A stretch of 51,200 nt of DNA from a virus (taxonomy: Duplodnaviria > Caudoviricetes), in IMG/VR virus record IMGVR_UViG_3300022187_000041, positions 1-51,200 of that record; one strand, 5' to 3'. This document shows, piece by piece, positions 45,522 to 51,200 of the stretch (its first letter is position 1; every line of letters begins with the position of its first letter). Both the position numbers and the translations under genes were made by a program. The notes under the pieces were generated by a model that did no database searches, was not told the origin of the DNA, and saw only the letters and a program-made list of their open reading frames with translations.

Positions 45522-46391
45522 ATGCCTGAACTAGCAGAAGTAGAAACTAAAAAGACAGCAGGTCTTGTAAATCCAAATAGACCTACCCCTCTAGAAGATA
45601 AGATTAAAAAAGAGGAAGAAGAACTAGAAGCTTTAATGAAAGCTCGTACTGAAGAAGTAGAGCAAAAAGTAGAAGAACCAGAAGCTAAACCTGAGAAAGA
45701 AGAACTATCAGGTGAAGAGCGTACATATAAGAAACGCTACAGTGATTTACGTAGTCATCTTAACAAGCAAGCAGAAGAGTTAAAAGAACTTAAAGCCCAG
45801 CTTGAAAACGCTCAGAAGACAGGTAAGGTACGTGCTCCTACTTCAGATGAAAGTATTGATGCTTGGGCTAAGAAGTACCCTGAGATTGCTGGCATTGTAG
45901 AAACAATTGCTGAAAAGAAAGCCCAAGAAAAGTTTAAGTATGCTGATGAACGTCTGCAGCAGATTGACAAGATCAACGCAGATGCCCAGCGCACTAAAGC
46001 AGAGAATGAAATCCGTGCTATGCATGGAGACTTTGATGATCTACGTGGGAGTGATGACTTCCATGATTGGGCAGCAGAACAACCCAAGTGGGTGCAGGAT
46101 GCACTCTATGAGAATCAAGATGATCCACAATCAGTGATCCGTGTTATTGATCTATTCAAAGTAGATAAAGGTATGGACACTAAAGGAAGACGGCAAAACT
46201 CTAAGGATGCTGCTTCTCAAGTAAGAACTAAACGTACTACCAAACCAGACAATGACAACCCTGCAGGACATCTGCGTGAGTCTGAAGTTCAACGTATGAG
46301 TACACAAGAGTACGAAACCAAGTCAGACGAAATCATGGAAGCTATCCGCAGCGGTAAGTTTATTTATGATGTTTCTGGTGGAGCACGTTAA
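45522..46391 (+). CDS. Capsid scaffolding protein
   Basis: Acidic coiled coil, KKRY.DLR, directly upstream of capsid gene. Confidence 0.75.
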   Translation: MPELAEVETKKTAGLVNPNRPTPLEDKIKKEEEELEALMKARTEEVEQKVEEPEAKPEKEELSGEERTYKKRYSDLRSHLNKQAEELKELKAQLENAQKTGKVRAPTSDESIDAWAKKYPEIAGIVETIAEKKAQEKFKYADERLQQIDKINADAQRTKAENEIRAMHGDFDDLRGSDDFHDWAAEQPKWVQDALYENQDDPQSVIRVIDLFKVDKGMDTKGRRQNSKDAASQVRTKRTTKPDNDNPAGHLRESEVQRMSTQEYETKSDEIMEAIRSGKFIYDVSGGAR

Positions 46392-46398
46392 TTAAGTA

Positions 46399-46427
46399 TT
46401 GACAATACACAAACTATATGTTATAAC
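46399..46427 (+). promoter_or_regulatory. Sigma70-type promoter for the major capsid gene
   Basis: TTGACA (46399-46404), 17 bp, TATAAC with TGn extension. Confidence 0.8.
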
Positions 46428-46440
46428 TGTGTATGTTAAC

Positions 46441-46610
46441 AAAAGCATAAGTATGCCCTGATAGACGTTTCAGCTACCCTGCTTATGCTTTTACCCCTAA
46501 GCGAAGACAAATAAGTTAAGACCTACCTGATCAAGTATAGGCCCGTCTTACATATTACAAGGCCATGTGTATGTGAGTCGCACCCTAAAAAGATTAGCCT
46601 CTTACCTGAT
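46441..46610 (+). promoter_or_regulatory. Structured 5' leader of capsid mRNA
   Basis: AAAAGCATAAG/CTTATGCTTTT stem with internal loop; second stem CTTACATA/TATGTGAG. Confidence 0.55.
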
Positions 46611-46660
46611 GTTAATGCTTATAACTTTAATAAGCCTAACTATCTATGGAGGATTATATC

Positions 46661-47722
46661 ATGGCTTTCGCAACAGCGTCAGGTTATGGTAATCTACCCA
46701 ACGGTAACTTTAGCCCCGTAATCTACAGCAAACAGGTACAACTTGCTTTCCGCAAGGCCTCAATTGTAGAAGCAATCACTAACTCTGATTATTTTGGAGA
46801 GATTGCTAACATGGGTGATTCCGTTAAGATTATCAAAGAACCTGAAATCACAGTGAAGTCGTATGCCCGTGGCACGACTATCACACCACAAGACCTTGAC
46901 GATGAGGAATTTTCACTAAACGTTGACAAAGCGAACTATTTTGCTTTTAAGGTTGACGATATTGAGGAAAGTCATAGTCACGTCAATTTTCAAAGCCTTG
47001 CAAGTGATCGTGCAGCTTATCGTTTGGCTGACCAGTTTGACCAAGATGTTCTTGGTTATATGGCTGGCTTCAAGCAATCAGCTATTCACGGCAAACCCAA
47101 TGCTGCGAACACAACTGTAAACGGCACTAAAGCTGTTTCAACTGCTGGTTCTGACGAACTACTTGCAAATATGAAGCTTGACGCTTCTGACTTTAACAGT
47201 GGTTCAGCAGGTAACTCAATCGTAGTTAAGCCCCGTACAGGTGCTGACGCATTGAACACTACTACAGCTAACGCTACACCTATGCAAGTTATCGCACGGA
47301 TGTCACGTAAGCTGGATCAACAAAACGTTGACACTAACGGAAGATGGCTGGTCCTAGATCCGGTATTCGCAGAACTGCTTAAAGACGAAGATTCACGTCT
47401 TCTGAATGCAGACTTCGGTGGATCAGGGTTGCAGAACGGTTTGATCTTCAACAACATTCACGGCTTCAAAGTCTACATGTCTAACAACCTTCCTGAAGTA
47501 GGTAACGGTCCAACCTCTACCACATCTACAGGTTCTGCTCACTACGGTGTGCTGGTTGCTGGTCATTCTTCTGCAGCAGCAACTGCTGAGCAGATTAATA
47601 AGACTGAGACTTATCGTGATCCAGATTCATTTGCTGACATTGTACGTGGTATGCACCTTTACGGGCGCAAAATTCTACGTCCAGAAGCGTTGGTTAATGC
47701 AATCTACACATCTGGTCTATAA
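46661..47722 (+). CDS. Major capsid protein
   Basis: RBS GGAGG; NFSPVIYS, ITN.DY.GEI...GD.VKI, F.VDDIE, DIVRGMHLYG.K.LRP. Confidence 0.92.
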   Translation: MAFATASGYGNLPNGNFSPVIYSKQVQLAFRKASIVEAITNSDYFGEIANMGDSVKIIKEPEITVKSYARGTTITPQDLDDEEFSLNVDKANYFAFKVDDIEESHSHVNFQSLASDRAAYRLADQFDQDVLGYMAGFKQSAIHGKPNAANTTVNGTKAVSTAGSDELLANMKLDASDFNSGSAGNSIVVKPRTGADALNTTTANATPMQVIARMSRKLDQQNVDTNGRWLVLDPVFAELLKDEDSRLLNADFGGSGLQNGLIFNNIHGFKVYMSNNLPEVGNGPTSTTSTGSAHYGVLVAGHSSAAATAEQINKTETYRDPDSFADIVRGMHLYGRKILRPEALVNAIYTSGL

Positions 47723-47735
47723 GGGGGAATGAGAT

Positions 47736-48218
47736 ATGGCACTTGGTGATAATACTCTTCGTTCAGCCGCTGGCAACTCCCAACGTGGACGTAACCCTTA
47801 CATGGTTCAAACTACCTTAAATTGGGCAACAGCGTTGTCTGACAAAGGTTCTGCTCTTGCAGCGTCTGATGTCATTCCTGTAATTGCTGTACCTAAAGGT
47901 ACTATGGTCTTGAACGCAGGTATTGAAGTTGATACTGCTACTGATGGTTCTACTTTTACAGTAGACTTAGGTATGGTTGACGCTGATGTATTTGTTGATG
48001 GATTTGATGCTACATCTGCAGCAGCAGTAGTAGCGCAGAACCCTGCAGCATATCAGCCTGTAATGGCTGTTGCTGATGACAACATTGACGTAACTATTGC
48101 TTCACTTTCAGGTGGGGCAGTTAGTTCAGGTAAGTTCCGTGTATGGGCAGTTCTGATCGACTGCACTGACATGGGTGACACGTCTGCTAACGAAGTAGCT
48201 CGTGACGCACTTGCGTAA
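47736..48218 (+). CDS. Putative capsid decoration / minor structural protein
   Basis: Beta-rich 160 aa, co-transcribed with capsid ahead of terminator. Confidence 0.6.
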   Translation: MALGDNTLRSAAGNSQRGRNPYMVQTTLNWATALSDKGSALAASDVIPVIAVPKGTMVLNAGIEVDTATDGSTFTVDLGMVDADVFVDGFDATSAAAVVAQNPAAYQPVMAVADDNIDVTIASLSGGAVSSGKFRVWAVLIDCTDMGDTSANEVARDALA

Positions 48219-48227
48219 CTAAACTTT

Positions 48228-48253
48228 AGGGGCTGCTTTCGGGTGGCCCCTTT
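48228..48253 (+). terminator. Intrinsic terminator after capsid genes (short U-tract, probably leaky)
   Basis: AGGGGCTGCT-ttcg-GGTGGCCCCT then TT. Confidence 0.7.
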
Positions 48254-48273
48254 CGCACACCTTAGGAAAACAG

Positions 48274-48975
48274 ATGTCAACATACGTACAGCTTACAAAC
48301 GAATTACTTAGACGTTTGAATGAAGTCCCTCTGGATACAGCAGGTGATGGCTTTACTACAGTGCGTAACGTTCAGGCTGCAGCTAAAGATGCTGTAAATA
48401 GTAGCTTACGTGAGATATACCAGAATGGTCAAGAGTGGCCTTTCCTAAAGAATACGTACACGCAGACATTAACTGCAGGTACACGTCAATATAGTTTCCC
48501 TGCTGACTACTCTACGGTAGACTGGGAAACATTTTATTTAAAGAAGCATTCAACACAAGAGAATCAACCTCGTGTTTTAAAGCCTTTGACTTATGAAGAT
48601 TATACTACAAACCACCGCCCTAAAGATGATGAGGGTGATCAGACAAATGGTATGACAGCACCTGAGCATGTATATCAAACATTTGGTGATGCCTTTGGTG
48701 TAACACCTATCCCAGATTCCGACTACGAAGTAGAGTACACCTATTGGAGTATTCCTTCTACGTTAACAGAGTACAACGATACTTGTGTAATACCTGAGCG
48801 TTTCAACCACGTTATCTTAGATGGTGCTATGGCTTACATGATGCAGTTCAGAAGTAATGCACAGTCTGCTGGTATGCACCAACAAAAGTTTGACTTTGGT
48901 ATACGCAGTATGAAACGCATTCTATTTGATGATGAGATATATTTAAGGTCTACTGTAATTGAAAGACCCCGTTAA
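48274..48975 (+). CDS. Tail tubular protein A / head-tail adaptor
   Basis: Y..LTN.LLRRLNE, WPF, P.PD..Y; synteny. Confidence 0.75.
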   Translation: MSTYVQLTNELLRRLNEVPLDTAGDGFTTVRNVQAAAKDAVNSSLREIYQNGQEWPFLKNTYTQTLTAGTRQYSFPADYSTVDWETFYLKKHSTQENQPRVLKPLTYEDYTTNHRPKDDEGDQTNGMTAPEHVYQTFGDAFGVTPIPDSDYEVEYTYWSIPSTLTEYNDTCVIPERFNHVILDGAMAYMMQFRSNAQSAGMHQQKFDFGIRSMKRILFDDEIYLRSTVIERPR

Positions 48976-50513
48976 TGGATGACCTAAGAACTAATATTAC
49001 AGTTTGCAGTGGTGGTCTTATAACTAACGTTGATCCGCTAACACATGCAAACGCCTTGAGTGGTAGTGCTTTACGCATGATTAACTACGAGCCTTCCTTA
49101 TCGGGGGGCTATCGTCGTATTAGCGGGTATCAAAACGATTACGGTACTGTACCTGGAACAGGCGCTGTATTAGGTGTAGAAGTAAACGGCAACCTACACG
49201 ATGGTATTTTTGCTTGCAGAAGACCTACTTCAGGTAATAACTATTTACATAAGTGGAATAATAGTACTTCATCGTGGGACGCTGTAACTGCTTCTGGTTC
49301 TCCTACTATGGTAGGAGTAGATCGTGTACGCTTTTCAAGCTATAACTGGTCAACACAAGTTTTACTTTTGACAGACGGTATTAACCCTGCAGCTACATAT
49401 GATGGTACTACTTATACTCAGATCACACACGCTAATGCTCCTACAGATCCTAAGTTTTCAGAAGAGTTTGCATCACATATATTTCTAGCAGGTGATCCAT
49501 CAGAACCGTTTAACTTATTTTTTAGCGCTCCCCTTAATGCTACTGACTTTGACCCTGCTAACGGTGCAGGTGTTATTAATGTAGGTTTTAAGATTACAGC
49601 AATTAAAAAGTTTAGAGATAGTTTATTTATATTTGGTGCTAATAATATTAAAAAACTAATTGGTACAAACTCTGCAGACTTTTTATTGCAGAACGTTACT
49701 GCTAATCTAGGTTGTGTAGCACCTGACTCTGTTGTTGAATTTGGTGGTGACTTACTCTTCTTAGGACCAGACGGTATTAGACCTATCTCAGGTACAGATC
49801 GTATTGGTGACGTTGAGCTTGCACCAGTATCTAAAGAGATTCAAGACATTTTTGACAACTACTACTTATCAGAAACTATTGTAGATATTAGTATTGTTGT
49901 TATACGTAAGAAGTCTCAATTCAGGTTCTTCTTTAAGAATGATAGCTCTCTCTCTTTGATAGGCGCTATTCGTAAATCACAAAATAAACAAAGTATATTT
50001 GAATACAGTCAGCTTATTGGTATTGAAGCTAACTGTGTTGCTTCAGGTTACGTTGGTCAGTTTGAGCACGTAATACATGGAGATGGTTCAGGTAAAGTAC
50101 ACAGACAGGAACGTGGTACTAGCTTTGAAGGCAGTAACATATTTAGTTTATACCAAACACCTTACTTTTATATGGAAGACCCAGAAGTACGTAAGATCGT
50201 TTATAAGATAGATACGTATCTAAAATCAGAGGGTAACACAGAAGTCTTTGTAGGTTTATACTATGACTATGACGATGTGTATTCTTTAAACCCTACTACT
50301 TATAGTTTCTCTACCGAAGGTGCAGCAGCTATTTATGGTACAGCTATCTACGGCTCAGGTGATATATATGATGGTAACCCGTCACCTAAAGCTTTAACTA
50401 ATGTATCTGGTTCTGGTAAGTCTGTTTCTATTAGTTACGTTACAGACAATCAAAATGCAAGCCATACAATACAAGCTATTTCTATGACATATGGCTTGGG
50501 AGACAGGAGATAA
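48975..50513 (+). CDS. Tail tubular protein B / nozzle (beta-propeller)
   Basis: 512 aa; GC.A..S....GGD..FL.PDG.R; synteny. Confidence 0.75.
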   Translation: MDDLRTNITVCSGGLITNVDPLTHANALSGSALRMINYEPSLSGGYRRISGYQNDYGTVPGTGAVLGVEVNGNLHDGIFACRRPTSGNNYLHKWNNSTSSWDAVTASGSPTMVGVDRVRFSSYNWSTQVLLLTDGINPAATYDGTTYTQITHANAPTDPKFSEEFASHIFLAGDPSEPFNLFFSAPLNATDFDPANGAGVINVGFKITAIKKFRDSLFIFGANNIKKLIGTNSADFLLQNVTANLGCVAPDSVVEFGGDLLFLGPDGIRPISGTDRIGDVELAPVSKEIQDIFDNYYLSETIVDISIVVIRKKSQFRFFFKNDSSLSLIGAIRKSQNKQSIFEYSQLIGIEANCVASGYVGQFEHVIHGDGSGKVHRQERGTSFEGSNIFSLYQTPYFYMEDPEVRKIVYKIDTYLKSEGNTEVFVGLYYDYDDVYSLNPTTYSFSTEGAAAIYGTAIYGSGDIYDGNPSPKALTNVSGSGKSVSISYVTDNQNASHTIQAISMTYGLGDRR

Positions 50514-50516
50514 ACC

Positions 50517-51200
50517 GTGGCAGGTTATGTAAGACAATCTACAGCAGACATCATCCCCACCGCTACAGTTCGTGCGGCCCCAATTAACGCAGAGTATAAC
50601 GCACTCCGTGATGCTTTTGCTGCATCTGGTGGTCATAAACACGATGGTACTTCAGGTGAAGGTGAGTATGTTCCTCTTATTGCAGACTTGGATGCTCTCA
50701 ATAAAGTAGTAATTGATACAACAAACAATCGTGTAGGTGTATTCGTAGAGGTAAGCGCTGCTGCTGTTGAGCAGATACGCATACAAGATGGTGTTATTGT
50801 TCCTGTCACAGATAACGACATCGACTTAGGTACATCTTCATTAGAGTTTAAAGATCTGTACTTAGATGGTACTGCTTACATTGATACACTAGCAGTCCAC
50901 GAATCTGCTACCATCACATCAAACTTTTCAGTAAACGGTAATACTACTCTTGGTAATGCTGCATCTGACACCGTTACATTTACTGCAGACATTGCTTCTG
51001 CTATGCTTCCTTCTGCTGACAATACGCATGACTTAGGTGCTGTAGGCTCTGAGTGGCGCAACTTGTATATTGATGGTACAGCTAACATTGACGCACTTAT
51101 AGCTGACACTGCAACAATAAGCGCAGGTACAATTGATAATACAGTTATTGGGGGTAGTACAGCAGTCGCAGGTAGCTTTAGTACTATTAATTCCTCAGGT
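50517..51200 (+). CDS. Tail fibre N-terminal part, 3'-truncated, not in ORF track
   Basis: RBS AGGAG, GTG start; MAGYVRQS...INAEYNAL..AF....GHKHDGT.GEG; DLG.SSLEFKDLYLDG repeats; open to window end. Confidence 0.85.
   Translation, partial: MAGYVRQSTADIIPTATVRAAPINAEYNALRDAFAASGGHKHDGTSGEGEYVPLIADLDALNKVVIDTTNNRVGVFVEVSAAAVEQIRIQDGVIVPVTDNDIDLGTSSLEFKDLYLDGTAYIDTLAVHESATITSNFSVNGNTTLGNAASDTVTFTADIASAMLPSADNTHDLGAVGSEWRNLYIDGTANIDALIADTATISAGTIDNTVIGGSTAVAGSFSTINSSG

Larger units (their letters stand above)
1..51200. mobile_element. Podovirus genome, HMO-2011-type (integrase-encoding), circularly permuted and incomplete
   Basis: Only phage-type genes; PolA with two CxxCxGxG motifs; integrase next to primase; no phage RNA polymerase seen; two convergent arms. 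Confidence 0.9.

Noticed and set aside
47700-47740. T7 10A/10B-style frameshift or readthrough fusing capsid to the next gene
   Set aside because: No slippery heptamer seen before the TAA, and the next gene has its own RBS (GGGGG) and ATG.
121-51109. Numerous antisense and alternative-frame ORFs in the track (for example 4204-4632, 10532-11068, 16624-17007, 43173-43505, 50876-51109)
   Set aside because: Shadows of well-supported genes; they break the two-arm strand organisation and lack motifs.
1-51200. tRNA, rRNA or phage RNA polymerase genes
   Set aside because: No cloverleaf with T-loop consensus in the intergenic gaps and no RNAP motifs recognised; tRNAscan-SE would be needed to be sure.

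Overview
The window is most of the genome of a marine podovirus of the HMO-2011 type, probably infecting an alphaproteobacterium such as a Roseobacter or SAR116 member (inferred from gene content). It is circularly permuted and has two convergent arms. The minus-strand early/replication arm (about 34.6 kb down to 17.5 kb) encodes small early genes, a C5 DNA methyltransferase, tyrosine integrase, primase, GIY-YIG protein, ThyX, DnaB-like helicase, family A DNA polymerase with a DnaJ-type zinc-finger insert, SSB, exonuclease, endonuclease I, DUF3310, MazG and a class II ribonucleotide reductase broken by a frameshift. The plus-strand morphogenesis arm (35.9 kb to the end, continuing at 1-17.5 kb) encodes small basic proteins, a DUF1127 peptide, terminase, portal, scaffold, major capsid, tail tube proteins, tail fibre, internal virion proteins, holin-like proteins and a GH73 glucosaminidase. 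The arms meet at a bidirectional terminator (about 17.49 kb) and diverge from a 1.3-kb non-coding region (34.6-35.9 kb) that probably holds the genome termini. The most striking unexplained signal is 13 co-oriented copies of ACCACCGC (GCGGTGGT on the minus strand), fixed at synonymous positions in the tail-fibre repeats; as I recall, this is the Chi sequence reported for Caulobacter AddAB. Other highlights: the frameshifted nrdJ, structured RNA candidates in the early and capsid leaders, an ArfA-like peptide, and a DUF1127 gene behind a LysR-type box. All calls are by eye from motifs and synteny; no searches were run.
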